The translations under genes and the position numbers were made by a program. The notes below the pieces were generated by a model that saw nothing but the letters and a program-made list of their open reading frames with translations, did no database searches and was not told the origin of the DNA. Shown one piece after another: positions 46,107-54,468 of a DNA stretch of 64,000 bases; position 1 is the stretch's first letter; each line of letters starts with the position of its first letter. The stretch is from NCBI GenBank assembly GCA_964515545.1, contig CAZERI010000003.1, forward strand, positions 88,246 through 152,245. The letters run 5' to 3'. The DNA is from an uncultured Gammaproteobacteria bacterium (GTDB taxonomy: Bacteria > Patescibacteriota > Microgenomatia > Levybacterales > UBA12049).

Positions 46107-48245
46107 ATGAAGTCAAAACGGGGATCCTACAAGAAACGTGGTGGGAAATTAAAATTAAAGAAAAATACAGTTTATACGCTGTTTGCGATTGGGTTTTTTC
46201 TGTTGACAGGACTTCTCTTCATGTCTTACCTCAGAAATGGAGAATCTTCTGAAAAGATTAACCAGATGCTAACAGATAAATTTGGTGGAGCAGCCTTTCT
46301 CTTTCCATTTGTTACCTTCTTTTTCGCTTTTCTATTCCTGCATTTAAAGAAATTCTTCCTTTCAAAGCTTAACGTTGCTTTTGGATATTTGGTCTTTTTC
46401 ATTTCAGTTCTAGGAGTGACTCGTAGTGGCTCCATCGGATCGGGGATGTTTAGAATTCTCCAGGAGATTTTAACTACAGTGGGAGCGGACCTCGTTTTTG
46501 TAGCAGGAGTGATTATTGGGTTAATTGTCTTTTTTGATACTTCAGTTGATGAAATGGTTCAGGGTGTCACAGCTCTCTTTGATAACTCACATCGGCTTAT
46601 TCCCACACGTCTATTTTCCCGGGGTGAAAAGGATGATAGGTCGGCACTTGATAGATCTAAGCCTATCCAGATTAAAGGTGGACAAAAGGATGTAGCGGTA
46701 AATGGTAAAGGTACACCGCCCGTAGTTAATAAGAAAGAGCCTGAGCCAGAAGAACTCATATCAGCAAAGCTGGTAACAAATGTTTTAGGAGATACGGGAG
46801 GAGGTATCTGGGAATACCCATCACTTTCTCTTCTGAGTGAGGCCCCTGGTGCTAAAGCAGAGAGAGGAGATATTAATAAAATTGCTCGGAAGATAGAAGA
46901 AACACTTCAGAGTTTTGGAGTTGATGCACGTGTAGCAGAGGTTAATTTGGGACCGGCTGTTACTCAATATGCTCTTGAGCTGGCATTAGGAACTAAGGTT
47001 AGTAAAATTACTGCTTTGACCAATGATCTAGCGCTTGCGACTGAAGCCCCAACTGGCCAAATCCGTATTGAAGCACCTATTCCAGGCCGTAACTTAGTAG
47101 GTATTGAGATTCCTAATAGATCATTGGAAGTGGTAACACTCCGTACTATGCTTGCCTCAAGTTCTATGCAGAAAAATAAATCCAAGTTAGCAGTTTCAAT
47201 GGGGCTTGATGTTTCCGGAAACCCTATTATTGCAGATATTAGTAAGATGCCCCATGTCTTAGTAGCAGGTACAACTGGTTCAGGAAAATCTGTTTTGGTT
47301 AGCGCCTTTATTTGCTCCTTATTGTTTAGGGCATCACCTCAGGAAGTTAGATTGATTATGGTCGATCCTAAGCGAGTTGAGTTTACTGCCTTTAATGGTA
47401 TTCCTCACCTATTGACACCTGTAATTGTTGAACCAGAAAAAATTCTCTCAGCCCTTAAGTGGAGTATGACTGAAATGGATCGCAGATATAAGTTATTTGC
47501 AGATCGGGGAGTACGAAATATCGAGGGTTATAATGAATTATCTGGTTTTCAGGCACTGCCTTATATTGTTATCGTTATTGATGAATTGGCTGATTTGATG
47601 ATGTTTGCTCCAGTTGAAGTAGAAGATGCTATTGCACGTCTAGCCCAGATGGCTCGTGCCACCGGAATTCACTTAGTTATTGCCACCCAGCGCCCATCAG
47701 TCAATGTCATCACAGGACTTATTAAAGCTAACGTTCCTTGCCGTATAGCCTTCAACGTATCCTCTATGATAGATTCCCGCGTTATTATTGATGGTCCTGG
47801 AGCAGAAAAGCTCTTAGGTCGTGGAGACATGCTATATGTTCCACCTGAATCAGCCAAACCAACCCGTATTCAGGGGGCTTTTGTATCAGAGAAGGAAGTC
47901 AAGAAATTAGTGGAATTCTTAAAGAATAATAACTATCCAGTTGAGTATACAGAAGAGGTTATCACTCAACCGTTACCTCTTAAAGGTAAAGGAGGAGCAT
48001 TAGCAGGGGGAGGAGATGGCGGTAAGGACGCTATGTTTGAGGAAGTAGTAAGATTAGTCTGCCAATTTGATACTGCCTCTGCCTCTTTCCTTCAACGTAA
48101 GATGCAGATTGGGTACTCGCGAGCTGCTCGTATTTTAGATCAGCTAGAGGAGGCAGGAATAGTAGGCCCTGCTGAGGGATCAAAGCCAAGGGATGTTCTT
48201 GTACGTAATGCAGAAGAATTCCTGTCCGCACCAGAGCAGCAATAA
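46107..48245 (+). CDS. ftsK: DNA translocase FtsK/SpoIIIE
   Basis: 4 N-terminal TM helices, linker, motor domain (VAGTTGSGKSV Walker A, VIVIDELADLM Walker B), C-terminal gamma winged-helix (YSRAARILDQLEEAGIVGP). Confidence 0.9.
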   Translation: MKSKRGSYKKRGGKLKLKKNTVYTLFAIGFFLLTGLLFMSYLRNGESSEKINQMLTDKFGGAAFLFPFVTFFFAFLFLHLKKFFLSKLNVAFGYLVFFISVLGVTRSGSIGSGMFRILQEILTTVGADLVFVAGVIIGLIVFFDTSVDEMVQGVTALFDNSHRLIPTRLFSRGEKDDRSALDRSKPIQIKGGQKDVAVNGKGTPPVVNKKEPEPEELISAKLVTNVLGDTGGGIWEYPSLSLLSEAPGAKAERGDINKIARKIEETLQSFGVDARVAEVNLGPAVTQYALELALGTKVSKITALTNDLALATEAPTGQIRIEAPIPGRNLVGIEIPNRSLEVVTLRTMLASSSMQKNKSKLAVSMGLDVSGNPIIADISKMPHVLVAGTTGSGKSVLVSAFICSLLFRASPQEVRLIMVDPKRVEFTAFNGIPHLLTPVIVEPEKILSALKWSMTEMDRRYKLFADRGVRNIEGYNELSGFQALPYIVIVIDELADLMMFAPVEVEDAIARLAQMARATGIHLVIATQRPSVNVITGLIKANVPCRIAFNVSSMIDSRVIIDGPGAEKLLGRGDMLYVPPESAKPTRIQGAFVSEKEVKKLVEFLKNNNYPVEYTEEVITQPLPLKGKGGALAGGGDGGKDAMFEEVVRLVCQFDTASASFLQRKMQIGYSRAARILDQLEEAGIVGPAEGSKPRDVLVRNAEEFLSAPEQQ

Positions 48246-48315
48246 AAGCTAAAACCTAAGCTGTAACACATAATATAGTATATTTAGTTTCTAACTTGTA
48301 TTTTTACATTCTTTT

Positions 48316-48954
48316 ATGATTAGAATAGGACAACGATTAAAAGAAGAACGCCTAAAGAAGGGCTTATCACTTGAGGATGCAGCCCAAGCAACAAAAATTA
48401 GGTTATCATTCTTGGCTGCTATTGAGAAAGGTGAATATAACAAGCTTCCTTCCAGTTCTTATGCCCTGGGATTCGTTCAGAATTATGCTCAGTATTTAGG
48501 CCTTCCTAAGAAAGAGACACTTGCTCTCTTTAGGCGAGAGTTTGATGAAGAAAAAATCTATAAGGTTTTACCATCTAGCTTCGCAAAAGAAGACTCACTA
48601 CCCAAAAGAAGTTTTAAGATATCACAAGCTATTATTCCTGTTATTTTCATTCTCATACTCTTAGGAGGATTTCTCTTTTATCAATATAGAGCTGCCTTTT
48701 TCAATCCTCCTCTAACCATCTATACTCCCCAAGATGGGAAAGTCACCTCTTCAGATGTGACTGTAACAGGCAAGACAGACCCCAACGTTACTCTTACTGT
48801 TAATAATACCCCAGTAGCAGTTGAGGACGATGGTACTTTCTCTAAGATTGTTGCCACATTCCCAGGCAAATCAAAAATCATCATACGAGCATTAAATAAG
48901 TTTGGGAAAGAGTCACTAGTTACCCGGAGTGTTGAGGTTACTTCCAGTCCTTGA
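48316..48954 (+). CDS. RodZ-like HTH (XRE-type) single-pass membrane protein
   Basis: IGQRLKEERLKKGLSLEDAAQATKIRLSFLAAIEKGEY HTH, one TM, C-terminal beta-rich extracytoplasmic domain. Confidence 0.55.
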   Translation: MIRIGQRLKEERLKKGLSLEDAAQATKIRLSFLAAIEKGEYNKLPSSSYALGFVQNYAQYLGLPKKETLALFRREFDEEKIYKVLPSSFAKEDSLPKRSFKISQAIIPVIFILILLGGFLFYQYRAAFFNPPLTIYTPQDGKVTSSDVTVTGKTDPNVTLTVNNTPVAVEDDGTFSKIVATFPGKSKIIIRALNKFGKESLVTRSVEVTSSP

Positions 48955-48995
48955 CACGTAGAATTTGGTAGGGTAAGCTAGTCTATACATCCTCT

Positions 48996-49295
48996 ATGAT
49001 AGATTCAGTTCAGATCGTTCTCTTCGTCGTTATCTCAGTTCTTACCATCCTTCTTGTTGTTTTGGGGATTCAAGTGTATTTTATCCTCAAGGAAGTTAGA
49101 AAGACAATAGAACATGCTAATAATGTTATCTCTCATGCAAATTTAATCACTGAAAGTATTGCGAAGCCTATCTCATCTCTTGCCTCTCTTTCAACTGGAT
49201 TTAAAGCTGCATCTATTGTCAGTGTTGCTAAGATTATCAAAAGTCTTTTAGCAAAAGATGAGGAAGCCTCAGGCAAAAAAGCCCACAAGGAATAA
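48996..49295 (+). CDS. hypothetical membrane-anchored small protein (YtxG/DUF948-like, tentative)
   Basis: N-terminal TM followed by an amphipathic helical region. Confidence 0.3.
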   Translation: MIDSVQIVLFVVISVLTILLVVLGIQVYFILKEVRKTIEHANNVISHANLITESIAKPISSLASLSTGFKAASIVSVAKIIKSLLAKDEEASGKKAHKE

Positions 49296-49300
49296 GCTTT

Positions 49301-49786
49301 ATGGTAGAAGAACACAAAGATGCTGGCCATCACGGTTTTATGTTGGGTATTTTAATTGGTATCCTGATCGCTCTTCTTTTTACTACCCAAAAAGGCCGTA
49401 AGCTCCTCAAAGTTATAACCACTGAAGGATCGAGGAAAATTGGTAACTGGGATGAATTGATTGAAGTCCTCCAGCGTGAAATTGGGGAAGATGCAGCTAT
49501 AGAAGAAGAGCCGGTTGTAGGTGAAGATCTCAAAGAGGAAGTAAAAGAAGGTGAGTCGTCTAAGAAAACTCTCCAACAAGCTCAGGATGAGGAGGTAGAA
49601 GAGAAGGAGTCTGAAGGAGAAGCTACTCCTGAACCTGAAAAGATTGAGAAGATAGACACAGAGCATTTAGAGCAAGAAATTGCTGAGATAAAAGAAGAGA
49701 TCAAAGAGGTAAAGGAAGACCAGGAGGAAGAAAAACCAGCCCCTAAGAAAAAATCCCGCCTCTTCAAAGGCATCCGAAGAAAATAG
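49301..49786 (+). CDS. hypothetical membrane-anchored protein with E/K-rich tail (YtxH-like, tentative)
   Basis: N-terminal TM (GFMLGILIGILIALLF), highly charged E/K-rich C-terminus. Confidence 0.3.
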   Translation: MVEEHKDAGHHGFMLGILIGILIALLFTTQKGRKLLKVITTEGSRKIGNWDELIEVLQREIGEDAAIEEEPVVGEDLKEEVKEGESSKKTLQQAQDEEVEEKESEGEATPEPEKIEKIDTEHLEQEIAEIKEEIKEVKEDQEEEKPAPKKKSRLFKGIRRK

Positions 49787-49789
49787 TCA

Positions 49790-50569
49790 ATGAAGCCTAA
49801 AATTAGCCTCTCAGTTGCTGACTTGCCCCTAGATACAAGCTATGATCAGCTTTTTTATCTTGCTAGAGAACTTAATCTGGATGGTATAGAGATAGTGCTA
49901 GGCCTGAAGACCTATTATCTAGGGAATAAGCTGCAAGCTCTTTCAGAAAAATCCGGTGTTCCTATTCTTAGTATCCATCAGCCACTTTCTTTTACTAAAC
50001 TTTTTTATCCTCAGGAAGATGTCTTCAAAATGGCCAAGAGTTTTAATGTAGGTCTGGTTATCCATCCAATAAAAAATGAACCAATCAATAGTCCAAGGCA
50101 AAAGAGATATTTCGAGTCTCAATCTGCTTTTATGAAGCAATACTCTATTAAAGTTATGCTTGAGAATATGGGTTTACAAAGCTCGCTTCCTCTCTATAGA
50201 CATATTGCAAAAGCCGACACTTCTACAACTGATCTTCTCAATATTTATAAGGTATGTAAGCAGTATGAATTCGGAATGGTTTTTGATACGAGCCATTTTA
50301 AGCAAGGAGAAATTTCTCTTAGTGATGATTTTCAGAAAGTATTCCCGCGTATTGAAAATATCCATCTAAGTGATTTTACTGATGATCGTCAGCATCTCTC
50401 TTTAGGCAGAGGGGAAATGAATGTTAAAGATTTCTTAAAATTTCTAAAAAATAAAAATTATACCAAAATTATTACCTTGGAGATTTCTCCCCATGTACTA
50501 TATGGTCTAAAAGAGTATAGAAAAGATGTAAGGGCTTCTATAGAGATAATTCGTAAATATATGAATTAG
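49790..50569 (+). CDS. sugar-phosphate isomerase/epimerase family TIM-barrel protein (xylose-isomerase-like)
   Basis: LENMG, FDTSHF and IHLSD motifs typical of the AP-endonuclease-2 / xylose isomerase-like TIM barrel family. Confidence 0.5.
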   Translation: MKPKISLSVADLPLDTSYDQLFYLARELNLDGIEIVLGLKTYYLGNKLQALSEKSGVPILSIHQPLSFTKLFYPQEDVFKMAKSFNVGLVIHPIKNEPINSPRQKRYFESQSAFMKQYSIKVMLENMGLQSSLPLYRHIAKADTSTTDLLNIYKVCKQYEFGMVFDTSHFKQGEISLSDDFQKVFPRIENIHLSDFTDDRQHLSLGRGEMNVKDFLKFLKNKNYTKIITLEISPHVLYGLKEYRKDVRASIEIIRKYMN

Positions 50570-51318
50570 AGGACCTCCTGGTGGCCTAAGAAATCTTTTA
50601 TGGTATTACCGATAAAGTCCGTGATTTGTTGAGGATTTGAGGCTGTTGTATCTATTTCATAGATAGGTGTTCTCCTCCGCTGATATACTACCTCAAGAGC
50701 ATCTTCATAACCGCGTTGGAGAGTAGATAAATGTTCTTCCTGTTCGTGCATATGTCTCCACTTTTCTCTTTTTTTATCCCCAGATAGGTGCTGTGACTCA
50801 CTCTCAATCCTTCTTTCAATTCGTGCAACCGCTTCTTGGGGAGGAACTGTTAAAAAGAAAATAACATCTCTAAAATCTAGACCACTAATCTGCTGCATGT
50901 AGGATAGTCTCTCGTCCATACTCCTCTCTGCTAAGCGAGGTGAATAATAAATAGCGTAGACGGAAGGGTCTATAAGATAGTCACGGGAACCTAATACAAG
51001 ATTAGGTTTAATTTTATTGATAAGCCCTGGCTCAATTACCCTTCCTTGGAGGACGACATTGAGAGCATTGGCTCCCAGGACCAGTTTAGGTTTTCGAGTA
51101 TGATCGGCAAATGAATGCAGCCTATCAACAGTTCCTAATAACCTCTCATAATGAAATTGTTTTTCTCCTTCTACTACAGAATAGGATGGACGAGAAATAC
51201 GTGCTACACGTTCTTCTTCTCCAAGCTGTGATGCAAGGAAGTCAGTCACAGTACTTTTGCCTGCACCATCAATACCAGTTATCGATACTTTAAGCGGATG
51301 GATCTCTTCTTTTGACAT
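50566..51318 (-). CDS. P-loop nucleotide/nucleoside kinase (thymidylate-kinase-like fold)
   Basis: ITGIDGAGKST P-loop close to dTMP-kinase IEGxDGAGKTT; LID-like basic region; 250 aa is longer than canonical Tmk. Confidence 0.45.
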   Translation of the reverse strand: MSKEEIHPLKVSITGIDGAGKSTVTDFLASQLGEEERVARISRPSYSVVEGEKQFHYERLLGTVDRLHSFADHTRKPKLVLGANALNVVLQGRVIEPGLINKIKPNLVLGSRDYLIDPSVYAIYYSPRLAERSMDERLSYMQQISGLDFRDVIFFLTVPPQEAVARIERRIESESQHLSGDKKREKWRHMHEQEEHLSTLQRGYEDALEVVYQRRRTPIYEIDTTASNPQQITDFIGNTIKDFLGHQEVL

Positions 51319-51369
51319 CAGTCCAGAATTATACTAACAACATGGGAATTGTCAAGTTTTAGTGGCTGA

Positions 51370-52314
51370 TTAGAGGCCGTAGCGCCGGATGTTGGCGTTA
51401 TGTTCGTCCCCAGTCTTGGCATAGTGATTTATACCATTTTTATCAGTAATATAGTAGAGATAGTCGGTATCCGCTGGGTTAGCAGCTGCCTGAAGTGCTT
51501 TAAGGCCAGGATTACTAATAGGTGAGGGAGGGAGTCCAGTCACAAGATAGGTATTGTAGGAAGAGTTTACTTTTAGATCATCAAGAGTAAGGTCTCTTTT
51601 CCACCAGTCTCCTTCTGTTCCTATCGCATACTGCACAGTAGCATCAATCTGAAGTGGCATACCAATTTCCAGTCTATTGTGCATAACGCTTGAGATAAGG
51701 GGTCTATCCTGATCATGACGAGCTTCTCTTTCAATGAGTGAAGCAAGGATAACAATCTGTTCCTTTGTAAGGTCATTTTTATTTGTCGTGACAGCTTTAT
51801 ATCTTTCAGCAAAAGTTGATGTTAGAAGTGTAATAATACTTTCAATAGTTGCGTTATGAGGAATAAGGTAAGTATCTGGGAAAAGGTATCCTTCATGCTT
51901 TACCAATTCATCTTCCCATGAACTCTCATATTCGGGGATTTTGTCTTTTAATATGGCAGCTATTTCTTCAGCTCTCTTCCCTTCAGGTATTGTTACCCAG
52001 ATATCCTCAACCCCTTTAGAAAGCCTGGAGGCGATCTCTTTACTTGAAAGAGAAGGTGAAAGACGAAAGTCTCCTGCCTGGATCTTTTTATCAAGACCTG
52101 ATTGTTGGGTCATGATAGTAAAAATGAAGGGATTACGGATTAAGCCTTGACTTTTAAGATCGCGGGCAATGGCCTTAATTCCTGCTCCTGGAGGAACAGT
52201 GAACATTACCTCATTATGATCACGGGTATTAACTGGCAGGAGATTGAGATTCCACCAAAGAAATCCGATAAGGATGACAGCAACAATACTGAGGAAAACA
52301 ATGCCTTTATGCAT
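51370..52314 (-). CDS. mltG: endolytic murein transglycosylase MltG (YceG family)
   Basis: N-terminal TM, YceG-like core (...LVTGLPPSPISNPG...); start trimmed to MHKGIV to reduce the overlap with the upstream gene. Confidence 0.7.
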   Translation of the reverse strand: MHKGIVFLSIVAVILIGFLWWNLNLLPVNTRDHNEVMFTVPPGAGIKAIARDLKSQGLIRNPFIFTIMTQQSGLDKKIQAGDFRLSPSLSSKEIASRLSKGVEDIWVTIPEGKRAEEIAAILKDKIPEYESSWEDELVKHEGYLFPDTYLIPHNATIESIITLLTSTFAERYKAVTTNKNDLTKEQIVILASLIEREARHDQDRPLISSVMHNRLEIGMPLQIDATVQYAIGTEGDWWKRDLTLDDLKVNSSYNTYLVTGLPPSPISNPGLKALQAAANPADTDYLYYITDKNGINHYAKTGDEHNANIRRYGL

Positions 52315-53581
52315 AATAAAGAAGCGGGAAATGCTGCGTTGAATCTTTAGCTTCTTTGAGTAAGTATTCCGATGATGTATAGAGCGTATAGAGTGCATGT
52401 CCTTTTGTTACTTTTTCACCAATCTTTTTGTCAAGATATATTCCTGCTTTATGATTATCTGGTGCACCAAGTATTTTAGCAATAACTGTTGCATTTTTGC
52501 TATTGATCTTTTTAACAGTTCCGTCTTTTTTAGCAATCACTTGATAGGAGTATTTGCCGGGGTGAAGTGATTTACTGTTAGTCTCTGGGTCACCGCCTTG
52601 AGCTTTTATTATTTCTAACATTTTTTTATGGGCAGCTCCTGTAGATAAGAGGGATCTAGCCCATTCATGTCCGCCTCCATATTCTTTCATAATATGAGTA
52701 CGCAGAGTCTTAGGTGAATCATCTAGACAGAGATTGAGGAGTGTCCCTGAGAGATTCAGAGCCCGCTCTTCAAGATCAAAAGGACGATTAGCTGCCTGTT
52801 CAAGGACAAGAAGAGATTCCTTCACTTCAAGTAGTGGTCCAATCCCACGTCCAGCTGGTTCATCAGTTTTGTGCATGAGGACGCGAAGCTTGATGTCAAA
52901 ACGTTTGGCTAATTTCTCAAACTTATCTTTAAGAACCGCAGCATCTGCTTCTCTATGTACTTTTACCATTTCGCCATAGGGAAGATCTATTACCACGTGA
53001 TTAGAGCCAAAGGCAATTTTTTTAGCCATAATTGAGACTAAGATTTTATCAAAGCTTTCAAAAGATAGTGGTTCTTCAACTTTGATAATGACATCATCAG
53101 CTGGAGCGATGTTGACACTTCCTCCCCAGACGATACATCCATTAGTCTTCTCAACAATTTTATAAATTTGTTCTTTAGTAAATTCAACCTTCGCAATAAC
53201 TTCCATATCATCAGCAGTTCCACCTGGAGTAGTAATAGCACGGCTTGAAGACTTGGGTATCTGAAACCCTGCTGCTGCAATGATAGGAACCACAATGAGT
53301 GTAGTACGTGTGCCAGGGACTCCACCTATTGAATGTTTATCAGCAACAATTCCTTTGAAGTGAAGCTTTTCTCCTGTCTCAACCATAGCGCGGGTTAAGT
53401 AGTAGATTTCCTGATCAGTGAATCCCTTGGAGTATCCTGAAGCAGCAAAATAGGTCGTGAGGACATCACCTAAGCGTTTATGAGATATTTCATCCATGAT
53501 GGCATAAATCTCTTTATAATTGAGTCTTTTACCTACTAATTTTTTTTGAATGGCTTCCAGAGCTTGGGTCATCTCATCCAT
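52307..53581 (-). CDS. pyrimidine-nucleoside (thymidine) / AMP phosphorylase family protein
   Basis: DKHSIGGVPGTRTT... phosphate-binding motif and Gly-rich loops of the glycosyltransferase family 3 nucleoside phosphorylases. Confidence 0.8.
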   Translation of the reverse strand: MDEMTQALEAIQKKLVGKRLNYKEIYAIMDEISHKRLGDVLTTYFAASGYSKGFTDQEIYYLTRAMVETGEKLHFKGIVADKHSIGGVPGTRTTLIVVPIIAAAGFQIPKSSSRAITTPGGTADDMEVIAKVEFTKEQIYKIVEKTNGCIVWGGSVNIAPADDVIIKVEEPLSFESFDKILVSIMAKKIAFGSNHVVIDLPYGEMVKVHREADAAVLKDKFEKLAKRFDIKLRVLMHKTDEPAGRGIGPLLEVKESLLVLEQAANRPFDLEERALNLSGTLLNLCLDDSPKTLRTHIMKEYGGGHEWARSLLSTGAAHKKMLEIIKAQGGDPETNSKSLHPGKYSYQVIAKKDGTVKKINSKNATVIAKILGAPDNHKAGIYLDKKIGEKVTKGHALYTLYTSSEYLLKEAKDSTQHFPLLYYA

Positions 53582-53715
53582 TATTTTTACCTCTTATTTC
53601 TTGCCATGCTAAACGGACGAACTCTCTAATTACTGTAAATATGAAATATAATCCGCCGTTGATAATACGATAAATCGTTGGCCAGACTTCTTTCAGATAT
53701 GCATATGCTTGCTCT

Positions 53716-54468
53716 TTATTGATCATTGGGCTGTAGTGTCGTATCAGGTTTAACGATACGAGCTCGTATAATGAGTCTCTTCCAGGTAGTTCCAGGAGGA
53801 GTACAAGTTACTAGTATAAGATAATTGTCGTCATAATTCTGGGCAAAAAATGACGTATCAAGAGGACTAGTAATCGTAATATTATAAATCTTATAAGTAT
53901 AAGTAAGGTTATCTACTTTAATATCTATCTTATCTCCTACTTCAAGGGTATGTGCGTAAGCAAATACGGTGTCATAATCTCCCTGTTTAAAGAGTTGAGG
54001 AAGTGTTGAGTGTCCAAAGATAACTGCAGTTCCCCTGCTTGGAGGAACAGCAGTACCCCCATACTGAACGAGATGATGAGAAAGATCAGTATCAATTGTT
54101 GATACATCCAAATCCATTTGGTGGATTTTAGGAATACTCATCGTGTAATGTGTCACTGCAACATCAGTATGAGCTTGTTGAATACTAGGATACCAGTTCT
54201 TGGCATCTGTGTAATCAACCCCTGTGAGTGTATCGGCAGTAGATTGGATCAAGTCACGAAAAGAATTACTACTTAGCATGGTTGCTTCAGGAATTGGAGC
54301 TGCTAATTTTTGTGAAGCAAAAACAGGCTGAAGATAGAGCTGGAAGGAAAGAAGAGGAAATGAAAAGTACCCGACCATTATGAGCCCAAAAATGCAAAGC
54401 AACATCCCAAAGAATCGGGCATAACGCCGAAATAATGCTGGATTTTTCTTAGTATAAAGTTTAGTCAT
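53716..54468 (-). CDS. sortase-family transpeptidase (membrane-anchored)
   Basis: N-terminal TM; catalytic His (VIFGHS), LILVTCTPPGT (TLxTC Cys motif), conserved Arg (RLIIRAR). Confidence 0.7.
   Translation of the reverse strand: MTKLYTKKNPALFRRYARFFGMLLCIFGLIMVGYFSFPLLSFQLYLQPVFASQKLAAPIPEATMLSSNSFRDLIQSTADTLTGVDYTDAKNWYPSIQQAHTDVAVTHYTMSIPKIHQMDLDVSTIDTDLSHHLVQYGGTAVPPSRGTAVIFGHSTLPQLFKQGDYDTVFAYAHTLEVGDKIDIKVDNLTYTYKIYNITITSPLDTSFFAQNYDDNYLILVTCTPPGTTWKRLIIRARIVKPDTTLQPNDQ

Noticed and set aside
46040-46107. AT-rich imperfect inverted repeat (GCAAAAAG ... CTTTTTGAGC) between rnj and ftsK as a terminator
   Set aside because: The stem is only ~7 bp of A/T-rich pairing without a following T-run. 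It was not convincing as an intrinsic terminator.
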